64,000 bases of DNA, from NCBI GenBank assembly GCA_028534125.1, contig CM052816.1, forward strand, positions 34,226,001-34,290,000, given 5' to 3'. This document shows, piece after piece, positions 52,959 to 64,000 of this stretch. The notes under the pieces are model-generated. The model did not search any database. It saw only the letters and a program-made list of their open reading frames with translations, and had not been told where the DNA came from. The stretch is from Lama glama. Its lineage: Eukaryota. A program made the translations under genes and the position numbers. Each line of letters begins with the position of its first letter. Position 1 is the stretch's first letter.

Positions 52959-53394
52959 CCTAAGGGTTATGCCTAGTTAAGAGGACTCTGCTCTGGGTTA
53001 TTCTTTTAATGCCATTTCTAATGAGTCCTTGTGCCCTAGGATATGATTGTTTGTTGAATTTGATCTCTTAAAGGCAGATGCATCCTTCCTTCCTTCCTTT
53101 CTTTCATGGTTGGCATTGGGAGTCAAATACAGCATCTGATATTTTGGAATTCAGGACCATATGAAAGCATCCATTTATCACCAGCATGACTCTACATGTG
53201 GGATTTAGTTTTTAGAAGAAACAATCTTATTTTTAAAGACGAAGAAGTAAATATGATTTGTGCTACAGCAGAAAAAGGAGTTTTTAAGCCAACCAAAATT
53301 GGATGTGAATCTCTACTCCTGCCACACACTTTGTGACATCAGCTAAATTGCTTAACCTTTCTGAACTTCTAATAAAAACTGGCACTGAACAGTT

Positions 53395-53560
53395 TTCCAG
53401 GTGCCAGACATTGTGCTAGGTTTTTCACAGGCTATCCTTAAGAGGCAGCTACTGTTATCCCCATTTAATAGATGAGGAAAGTGAGGTTTAGAAAAGTTGT
53501 CACTTGCTAATGGATACAGCATGGTGACATCACATGTGATACTTAACCCCCAGGAGACAT
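53395..53560 (-). mobile_element. MIR SINE
   Basis: gtgccagacattgtgctagg ... tatccccatttaatagatgaggaaagtgaggtttaga. Confidence 0.8.
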
Positions 53561-56500
53561 TATATGACAATGCCTGTCTCACAAGAATGTTACAAAGATT
53601 AAGAAGATGCTATAGGTACTGAGCCTCGCACCCCATATGCAGCAGTAGTAATTATGACTTGTTCCCAAGAACCAAGTCTATGTGTTTCTCCTTATTTATT
53701 TTAATATGTCAAACTCTTAAGCTACAGGAATCAAATATTGATTATTTTGAAAAACAGACACCCGCAACAGAATCAGGTGTTATGTGGGCAGGGTGTTTTG
53801 TTGTGTGTTGTTTTAATATTCATACCAAGAAATCATAATCAAATTAACTCTTCCATAGACAGTAGCCACCCACTAAAGGTGGGTTAACCAGCAGGGTCAC
53901 TAGCTAACTCCTGGACAGCTGATGGGGTGGGGTTCTGACCTTCTCTTTTCAGAAAGACCACAGAAGCCTGAAAAGTGAGGTGGCTGAAGCCCGCCTGGCT
54001 GCTCAAGGAACTTACCCCCAGCTTCCTCCTAAGTTATCCCCACACTGCTTCCTATCTCACCTCTTCATGCCTTTGGGCTTGTCTCTCCAGCCCCTGTTCA
54101 TTTGAGCCCAGAGAATTCAGGACTTGCATTGGAAACAGACATCTTTCCACAGCTAACCAAATGAGGAAAGGAAATAAATGGTATGTGCTTATGGAATCAG
54201 GCAGTTTATCTCTTTGATGACATTAGCAATTAAATAAAATTCTTCCCTTTTCCGTGACATAGAGTAAATTGTACCTTCTTCCTTCCTATCTTGCTCAGGA
54301 TTTTTTTTCCCTCAGTCTTGCCCCTGGTATAAGTGAAAATGAAAAATCTTCTTTCCAACACTCAATATCAAATTCTTGCTCTCTATGCTCACATCTTTGG
54401 GGGACAGTTTCACCCTGTTATCTGATTTAACACACAAAAGTTGTCCATATTTCCCTTTTCTAAGAAATAAAAGGGAAAAATGTAATTATAGGTTCTGTCA
54501 TAGCAACTGCAGTACGACATTAGCTCACTGTAACTGTCACATAAGCACCATTACATTTCAGCGGTGGCCATAGAGATGACAGGGCAAAAATGTCCCTCAT
54601 CTTTTTGCCCTTTAAAAAAAAAACTTGTCAAGAAGAGGGTTTTCTTAATTAAAACAATTCATCTCTTTTTAAACTTCTCTATATCAAATGAATCATTGTA
54701 ATTTGACAATGATATTTTTGGGGCAATTCACTGTGGACTCCAACAAACCAGTTAAATAAAAATTAATTAAAGAAATAGAAAGTAGTTTAATCACACATTA
54801 CTACTGCTTATTCTATAAGTAATTCTAACGAAAACCTGAAACATAAATTCAAATGTTCTTGTCCTGACATTATCCATAATTGTGTCTACATGAACGTGCC
54901 TGTGTTTGCATCAGATGACACACTTAGTGTCTGAGACAGCACAGTACACTGAAATACCATACTAGGTCCAGGAAATTAGACTCAGTTTCTCCACTTATGA
55001 AACTGGGATGATAACATCTTCATATATTTAATATCAAGATTAGAGTTCCAAGGCATTCAGGATTTGGAGAATGTTAGCTCTTCTTACATGGCATGTGTCT
55101 AAGACATGCGTGCGCAAACACATACTCACTAAATCATCTGAAGGACATACTCAGAGATTTAAATGTGGAATTACTGACTTAGCCAAACCTCAGAAAATTA
55201 TTCAAGGTCATTCAAGATATGCTTCAGTGTCATCACCTTCAGCAAACAGCAATTCTCTTAGAAGGCAGGGGTGAAATTCACTGAAGCTTTGGTGACCTTG
55301 GGTTGATGATTTTGAGAGGCAAAGAACAAAGCAGAGACTCTTGGCAGCTTCATTCTGTTTATCTCCAGTCAGAACTAACAGTGCTATTCGTTTTGAGTGA
55401 CCCTAAACAGTTCTCTGCATTTGAATAGCGCTTGTGTAGCCATTAAATCGACTCTCTGGGAACAAATGGGAAAACAAATCAGCAACAGGCAATGCTTTCG
55501 TCCATTTGTATCAGTTTCAGTTGGCATGTCTTTCAGTTACTGGTCTCCAAGAGAACATGTGACCAATGGGCAGATAACTAATTTGAGAGTCACAGTAGTT
55601 AACTTCACTTTTCAGTACTTCCTCCAAATTTGCTCCCAGAAAAGTGCCATGGGTAATGGGATGAGTTTTCAAATCAAAAGACTTAAATTAGAATCTCAAG
55701 TGAACTTCTCATGGACCGAATAATTTTAGACAAGTCATACAACTTCCTGAATGCCAATTTCCTCATCTGAAATATTTTCTACCACAAAGGCTTGTTCTTA
55801 CAAGTTCACGTTTATATGTGCAAAGCACCTACGAAGCCTAGCAAATGATAGCCAGTTGTTAACATTTTATTGCCTATAAAATACTTTTAGGATTTCTATC
55901 CACAATGCAGCACTGTGTTAGCTAACTGTTGAATCTAGTAACATTCTGATCTATCAGAACAAAGACATGAAAAGGTAAATGTCCTCAGAAAGGAACACTG
56001 ACTACAAATTTATTAATCAGATTGTGTTCACACAGCTATTGAAAACTCATGATTTTTGCATACACTAAAGCCATCAATATCTAACATACTAGTTAAAATG
56101 TTCAGCAAATGTTCTATTTAGATTTCACTAATAAAGGGACTTTTTATACATCTGCTTTGCTAGCCTGATATTCAAACACAGCTAATAATTTCAAAAAAGA
56201 CAGATAATAACTAAAGGCTAATTTTCATGCCTTTAATATAGGGATAGTAGTGCTTATCTAATAGGGTTATTTTGAACCTTAAATAAGATGTCAAAAAAGT
56301 GCTAAACAAAATTTAAGGCAATTTGTAAGTTGTGAGCTGTTTTACTATTAAGTCAACAATGGTCATTCTTTATAATAGCAAAGTACCTAATTCAGTAATT
56401 TGCTAATTGTCCTAATTACACTGATTATTTATGCATGGCATTTTAAGTAGTTAAAATAGATCACAACAATAAATATCCCTCAAATGGTAAAATGTTCCAA

Positions 56501-57240
56501 AACACTTTCCCATACTCCAGAGGTCATCCCAGTTTCTAAAAAGTCAAAGTAAAGTTATACAATGAACAATAATAGCTAGATTTGTAAAAAGTAGATCAGT
56601 GGCTGATGGTGAATCAAATTATTTTGTTTGCAGTATTTATACGTGTGATGTATTGAGCAATCACTTCTTATACAAAGCCCCAGATGCCCGATGAAATGTG
56701 TAAACAAGATTCTCTCTGCTCTGCAGAAGTTAGAGACTTTTCCACAACTATTTGGTGTGTCCCTTTGGTCCTAAAATTTGTCAGCTTTTGACCTGTATTT
56801 GTAATCTGATGTCTAAAATCTGCCAGTTTAATCAAATACATCCCCGTATCTACTCAAATTACGAGGAGCAATAATTTTAACAGATTTATTCACTGGACCT
56901 ATTTGAAAATTTGATAAAAGCTATGCATAAACACACACATACACACTATTTTGCAGGCTGCTTTAAGGAATGAGCCATCTACATAGTTGAGATTAAGCAC
57001 TAAATACAGAAGAAGCAAGTGTGTCCTTGGGAGTTTGGGAAGGGCAAATGGTGAGTTCCACCTATATCACATTCATCTTTATATAACTTGTGACTAGCAC
57101 AGTGGCCTGACAAGGTAGTTTTTCAGTAAATGTTGGATTGATTTTAAAAAAATGAGTGAAAATAATGTATAAACAATAGGTAGACGACAGCAGAAGAGAC
57201 TTGATTCTCTGTTTACAAAGGAATAACCAAATTCTCCCTT

Positions 57241-57303
57241 AAAAAATATTCACCAGAAATTGACACATTGTAACTGACCATACTTCAATTAAAAAAAAAA
57301 TTC
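57241..57303 (+). mobile_element. Minimal young L1 3' tail with probable TSD
   Basis: accagaaattgacacattgtaactgaccatacttcaatt plus A-run; flanks aaaaaatattc and aaaaaaaattc; tt|aaaa site. Confidence 0.8.
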
Positions 57304-60127
57304 TCTCCCTGTAAGTTAGGCATTCTGTTAAGCTCTATTGATACTCTCATAGCACTGCCACCTTACTCCAGGGGCCTGGAATAGTTAATACAGTTTCACA
57401 TTGTAACTGATATGCAGCAAAGAAAGAAATTGTGTCTGGGATGTAGAGTTTCTAGAGATCACAGGTTTTCCTTGCTTGAGATGAGGGATGTGTCGATTCT
57501 TGACTCATTCACAGGTAACATTCTCGTTTGCTGGGCAGTGACATCACAGCCATTTACTGCAAACAGCAGAGGACTGAACATGCTCTCTGCCCACTAGGAC
57601 TGACAGCTCCTGGTATGTGTGTAGAGGAAGTCACTCACTAACTCACCACCCTCTCTTTGGGGCAGGGACATTTTCTGAGATGATATCTAAACCACACTGG
57701 TTAGGCTTGCCTAATTGATTGTCTGTTGATAGCAACCAGCCCTGGAATCTGTGTCAGCTCTTCTTATTCCCCTGACACCATTAGTATTCCAAGGAAATCT
57801 CAAATCCCCCGAGAAGATGTAGACAGCCTCTTGTTTACAAATCTCTACCATGTACAGCTGTGAACATGAGGAGACAGTACAAGACAAAGCTGTCTCTGGA
57901 AAGTAGAAGAGAAAGTAAAATTTCCCCAGAGTCTACCCACCATGGAAGCTTCTCCTTCAACTCTTCATCATTCTCCTCATTTTCAACACAGAAGTGCATT
58001 ATATTTCTGACTTACTCATTTCTTTGGATACCAGAAATTACAATGACAAACCAAGCAAATGGCAGTAGGTATAAATAAGAAGGCAATCTGTCCTGGTTAT
58101 ATGAATTGTAGGTATCAGTTCTATGCAAAAACAACAATATTCCTTTCACACCCCAAAATTCCAAGAGAAAGGCTTCCAAAAGTCTAACATATATAAACCA
58201 AAATTTGACAACTTTTTTGATCAACTTCTCTCTCTTTTTAATACTTCATATCCTTTTTTTCCCTTTGCAAATACAGTTATTATGTTTTCTCCAGGTATTA
58301 ATACCTCTCCACCTGATGGTGTTTAAAATCCAACAGGACAGAAAATTCTGTCTTTCCCTCTCTATGCCCTCTAGTCTCCACCACCACTCCCAGTTGCCTA
58401 ACTCCAAAATGGCACTAGGCTAAGAAAATAAGTCAAAGAACTGTGTCATTTCTTAGCAATTGTCATTTTCCCTGTCATTTAGGATGCAATTTAACAGCTG
58501 AAAGTGAAAACTGAGAAGAATGAGCAATTCTTTTATTCAGAACTCTATAGCAATATAACAATATTAGACAGCTGCCTTGAGGAGACACAGCAAGCTTATT
58601 TATTGTGAAAAAGGCGGTACAAAGACTTTTGGGGAAAAAAATAACAAAACCTGTGTGTTCCTCCAGCCTCTTAGATTGTTATAATTTTAATGTGATAACA
58701 TCCCCTTCCCTCCATATGTTCACATGCACCTTCTTTTGTGGATTCAGTACACAATGTCACTAAGAGGAATCACATCTGGCAGCCCAGTTCACAGGGTCTT
58801 CAGGGTCAATTTTACTCTCTTTCATTTGAAAAAAGGAGATCTTACTAAAAGTTCAATGAATACGTGATCTGAACTATATTAGATATCACATTACTATTCT
58901 AACTGACAGCTTTGAAGCTCCTTAGGAATAGGTGTCATGGCCAGCCTGCAGGGACAGGCTGCAAATGACCTTGGGTTGGGTCAGTCTCCAGAACGTATGT
59001 CCTCAGGTTTGTCAGCCTTTATTCACTAGTGTCCTTCACATAGAACACCAGCTACATAACCCTGACCAGGTTCTCAGTCTGTCTATGAAGATAGAAGGGA
59101 TTCTGTCAACAAATCTCATCATAAATACCTGAGGATGTCCCAACAGACCACCTGAGGAGCAAGTTCTGAATTTCAAAGACATGCTTCTCGATTCCGTAAT
59201 TACAGAGCTGATGGTGAAGTCATAGAAGGCTTCCGGGCAGCAAGAAGGAATATAAGTAAAAAGGTATGCTCCTGGTCATAAAACAATACTGATTGCAGCT
59301 GTGCAATCTAAACTTTGAACACAAAAAAGACACTTCATAAAAGCACAGCCTCCTGGCTTCATATTTGGCATGTCCAGAGAAACAAATTAAAAAGATAATA
59401 GACCATTCAAAGATATTCAGGGAAACCAGGCTACTCAGAAAGGACTTACCTAGCTTTCCCCTAGCTAATGATGAACATTATTTATTAAACAAATTTATTA
59501 TACTGAATGGATACTAAATGACACTGTACTGAACACTAAACATACAGAAATGAAGATCAAAATCCAAACTTCAAGAAGTTCAGTATATAATTTGAAAGAG
59601 AAGTGACTAAATAGAAAATTACAACCTAAAATTCATCAAATCTGTCAAAGATTCTGTGAAATCATCATTGATTGACTATATAATTGTACTATATCCTTAA
59701 AGATAGGACAAACTGAGCTAAATGGTTTATGGAAAAGGCATGCTAATGAGGAAAAATGAATACACCGAGTTTCTGGTATCACATGTATCAAAAAATAGAG
59801 GATATTCTAGAAAAGTACACGATTCTTATCATATTTCTGGTACTACACCAACATTTTGGCCAAGTCTTTTAATATTCATGGCTCTGTTTACTCAGCCCTT
59901 AAAATTGTTATAAAACATTTTTAACTTTATCATAGTACTAAAATAATATGTGTTAAATGTGTGATGTGAAAAATGTTTCACATCTTAAACTTTTGATCAC
60001 ATAAAATTTAATCCTTTGATGCTTCAAAAGATTAGTTATCACTACAATGTCAACATATAGATGAATGTAAATATTCACTGAGATTTTGGTTCGTTTTGTT
60101 TGTCACTGTATTGTGGTGTTAAGCAGC

Positions 60128-60480
60128 TACATCAGTCAGGAACCCAAAAACAAACAAACAACATACTTACATTGGGATATGCCAAGGAAGGTCAAAAGGC
60201 TATTTACAAAGCCATCGGTTAGTGCAGAAAAACTAAAAACGCTAGTGCAGTAACAAGGAGAGAGGGTTTACCAGAACCCACAAGAACAGAGCTGTATAAA
60301 AGAGGCCACTCCCAGTCAAGGGACACAGACAGTCTGAAGCAATCCTACAGGGAATCTCAATGGCCAAACCTGACCAAAACCCATACCCTTCTGAAGCAGA
60401 GACCAGGATGGAGAATGATGAAGATATGGAGTGTAGTCAGAAGATATCTAGCAGGGTCAACCTAGTTTTACCCTCCAATA
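60128..60480 (-). mobile_element. Old LTR, probably the 3' LTR of the ERVL-like element to the right
   Basis: tacatcagtcagg...ggctatttacaaag antisense LTR wording; ccctcc (PPT-like on minus) near 60471. Confidence 0.5.
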
Positions 60481-60507
60481 TCTCCTCTTATTCTTTATCC
60501 AGGTGAA

Positions 60508-61231
60508 ATGGAAAAGTGTGGCGGTTCCTCAAAAAAATAAGAACAGAACTACCATATGATCTAGCAATCCCACTTCTGGTTACATATCCAAAGGAACTGA
60601 AATCAGTATCTCAAAGAGACATCGGCACATCCATATTCACTGGAGCATTATTCACAATAGCCAAGATATGGAAACAACTTAAATGTCCTTTCATGGATGA
60701 ATGAATAAGGAAAATTTCATAATAATGAAATACTATTCAGATTTAAAAAAGAAGAAAGTCCTGCCATTTGCAACAACATGGGTGAAGCTGGAGAGCATGA
60801 TGGTAAGTGAAATTAGCCAGACAGAAAAAGACAAATACTGTATGCTATTACCTACATGTGGGATCTAAGGGGAAAAAAAGCAATTTCATAGAAATAGACA
60901 ATAGACTAGTGGTTGCCAGAGGCTGAGGAAGGTGAAAACTGGGTGATGTAAGTCAAAGGGTATAAATTTTCAGTTACACGTAGAATAAGTTCTGAGGTTC
61001 TAATATGCTTAGTGACTATAGTTAATAATATTTGTATACTTGAAATTTTCTGAGAGTAGATATCAAACATTCTCACCACACACAAAGAAGAGTTTAACTA
61101 TGTGAGGTGACAGAGGTGTTAATTACCTTGATACTGGTAATCATCCCATATTGGAGACTTTAAATATACTTATGAATGCTTGTAAATTATTCCTCAATGA
61201 AATTAAAATTTTTCTTTAAATTTTTAAAAAA
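60508..61231 (+). mobile_element. L1 (L1MA/MB-like) 3' end
   Basis: ORF 60516-60704 WRFLKKIRTELPYDLAIPLL; full 3' UTR. Confidence 0.9.
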
Positions 61232-61239
61232 GTAACATG

Positions 61240-64000
61240 TCCCCAATACAGAAATTGCACAGTATCTCGCTAGTTAATGCATTAGAACAGGCTGATATCA
61301 ATGTAGTCAACTCCCACTGAAACCTAAAATGATAATTACCATTTGTATCCATCATATGAGAAAGAAGAGAAAAGGGTGGAAGAAAAAAATAATTACAGAA
61401 CAAAAGATAACTGCTGTAGCTAAGTCATGATAATCCTCTGCCACCCTGTCCCCTGTTCCTGCCATCTCCACCAAGACTTCAGCTCGACAAAGACTTTACC
61501 CAATGGTGTGGCCCAAACTTTTATTTCCACAAAATATAAGACTTTATTGGTCCTGTTGTAATTGGGTTTTCACAGTTTCAGAACAACTGAGTATGGACTA
61601 CTGAGTACAGAGGTAAAATATTCTCCATCAAACCCTCTAGGCCCCCTGATCCTCTCTGCTCTCACTGAATAGCAGAAATCATATTTCTTCCTGGTAATTG
61701 GGATAATCACCCCAGATAGAACAGTGACCCTCTTCTCTGCCACAAGGAACCTAAATGACCAAATTGTCCGGTACAGCAGAACAATGACTGCTTCCTGACA
61801 AAATAATTCCCCCTTCTTACTCCAAGTCCTCCAAAATCACCAAGACCAAAATGGCAGATTGGGGAACAAATGTTTCCCAAGTGGGTTATTAAGTGTAATA
61901 GTGACAGAAGTCACTCTCATCTTCACTTTTCGGTACCACCAACCATGTATTCTGTCTAACAGAGAAACGAAAGTGTGAGAAAGTAATTCAGAGACGTTTG
62001 TTCATGATGTCTACCATATCCCACTATGCAGTACCTCAACCTCACAAGGTATTTCCTAGCCAGAAACATCACTGAACTTTCAGAAGGCCATCCCAGCACT
62101 CTATTAATCCAAGTGCTTCTCAGGGATAAAACACATGCTGAGAACATGGGTGTGTGCCTGTGTTTCTGTGCTTACTCTGCTGTAGAACATGTATCCCCTG
62201 GCTAGAGGGGACATCATGTGGTATACCATGGGAATGAAAAAAAGTACTCCTCAGATACACCAATGATGGGTTGAGCATTTCTGAAACATGAATCATAGCC
62301 CTGGAAGGACCAGGCTTTGCCCTCCCTATCTAGAGACTACAACTAGCACACCACCAGGTCTTCCCTTGGAAAAAATGCCTTATCATGAGTTTAGTTTTAG
62401 TCTATGCTGTTGGGAGTTTGCACAGTCAGGAGTGGCAGTAGCCAACTGAGGGGAAGACCACAACTTTGAACCCATGTACAGCTTCTATCCCTGCTGCCCT
62501 AGATTCTTTGTACTTGGACCCACTGGAGTAGAAGTCGGTGGGTGGGGGGAAATGGCGTCCACAGAACAGCTTTTTCATCTCTGCAATTGGAGACCTGTGA
62601 TGGGCATGATGTGGAAGATGAGAATCTTCACATGCTGTACCCATTTTGAGAGATTCATTTGCACCCCTCTCTGTCAGACATCTTACCACCAATTTTTCTA
62701 CTTTGTTATTTCCAAGTCCCTGATCAGTCAGCCAGCCCTTTAACTACTGCCCATGAGCCCCTGTAGGTCTGTATCTTAGGCTGTCTTTCTTGCCACACAA
62801 AATAAACAACGAGATGTTCTTTGGAAATTTCTGCTCACATGAAGGATTTCTGTTCACCAATGTCTTCCAGGCCATCCCGAGTGGGAAAGTAGTGCAGCAG
62901 CCAGCTAGTCTCACTGGTGCTGACGTGCTACACAGACAAATCTACAAACTGGGCTTGTGCTTTCCCCTCCTCAGTCCCCAAGTCAGGAAACCAATATGGA
63001 AGTTCTATTTCCAATTACTAGGCACACGGTATGTTTCACAACTGGAAAATTAACCTGAGTATGGGTTCATGCCCTTTTTGGACACACCTTTAGACAGACA
63101 CTATCCAGGACTCCACATAACCTGAGCTCTATAAGGCCCTATAATGACTTGTGAATTACAGTGTTACTTTGGGTTTCTGGGGATCATCTTAAGTTCAGAG
63201 CCAGTCCTCAATAAACCCCAGAAAAGCTGAGCTCCATTCTCTCCCATGTACAGTCACCCTGCTAAATGGCTTCAGGAACAGCTGGAGAACGCCTGTGGGT
63301 TTGTGGCACAGGCATTCCTCAAAGGGACCTTACCTCCCCTTAACTCAAAGGAATCTGCGGCTGTGTACTGACTTAGGAAATGGATAAATCCCACTTAAGG
63401 TAATTCAAGTTTGTTTTCTTCCCGGCCAAACTAAAAATTGTTTTGGCCTACGTATTTCAAGAAGCATTTTACTAGGCCGCCCATCTATTTCATTTCTAAG
63501 GAGCCACTGCCAGAAATTCCTGCAGGTCAAAAATTCTCTAATAACCATTTTACACATGATTTTATTGTAGTAATTGCATCACCACCTGTTCTCCACAACT
63601 CCATGTGATATTATTCCCATTGAGATCAAAAACCCAATTTCACTGAAATTTTCCTACATTATTTCTGGGCTAGAGAGAACTGGCAATTCAGAGGTCTTCA
63701 AGGATGGTGGTGTGCCTCAGTGACGAGCGTGCCCTCCACGTTCTCCCAGAGTATATGACTGGGAGTGGCTGCGCAGGCTGCACATAATGAATTCATTCCA
63801 GCTCTCCCGTTTCCTGCAGCCTCAGACCCTGCCTCTTCAGAAGGCTGGAGTGAGGAGTGCTGGCACTTCAACCTTGCTAACTGTAAGCCAACTTTGGGCA
63901 CAGATTTACATCAGCCAGTTAGCAAACTGTACATGTCTCTACCAAGTGTTTTACCAAAACATTATATCTGAATTCCAAATGAGTACACTAGGTTCAATGA
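61240..64000 (-). mobile_element. ERVL/MaLR-type internal region, decayed
   Basis: Minus reading near 62447-62523 WVQVQRI*GSRDRSCTWVQSCGLPLS resembles ERVL WAHEQSGHGGRDGGYAWAQQHGLPLT; weak gag-like segment near 63400. Confidence 0.7.

Noticed and set aside
901..63971. The many 60-125 aa ORFs in the track
   Set aside because: They fall in repeats or have random composition, many have non-ATG starts, and none resembles a cellular protein or processed pseudogene that I recognise

Overview
Mammalian nuclear DNA: AT-rich, CpG-poor and dense in repeats, with no intact protein-coding gene that I can recognise. The window is probably intronic or intergenic. The young L1 3' tails, and the absence of Alu, Bov-A/tA, PRE-1, ERE-1 and Can-SINE, suggest a camelid, which is an inference. 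Much of the window is transposon relics: many L1 fragments, L2, MIR, MaLR/ERVL LTRs and internal pieces, an ERV1-like LTR and MER DNA transposons. The only long ORFs belong to a young, 5'-truncated, disabled L1 (9290-12033) with an 11-bp TSD, an in-frame loss of about 144 codons from the endonuclease, a YADN RT motif and a 500-N assembly gap. The best non-repeat signals are two minus-strand candidate exons (14025-14113 and 7349-7415), a minus-strand splice-site cluster near 42.0 kb, and a CpG-richer, motif-dense enhancer-like block near 43.8-44.1 kb. Together these hint at a long minus-strand transcription unit (5'UTR exons or lncRNA). I found no convincing new biological system. Repeat subfamily names and boundaries come from recalled consensus sequences and are approximate.
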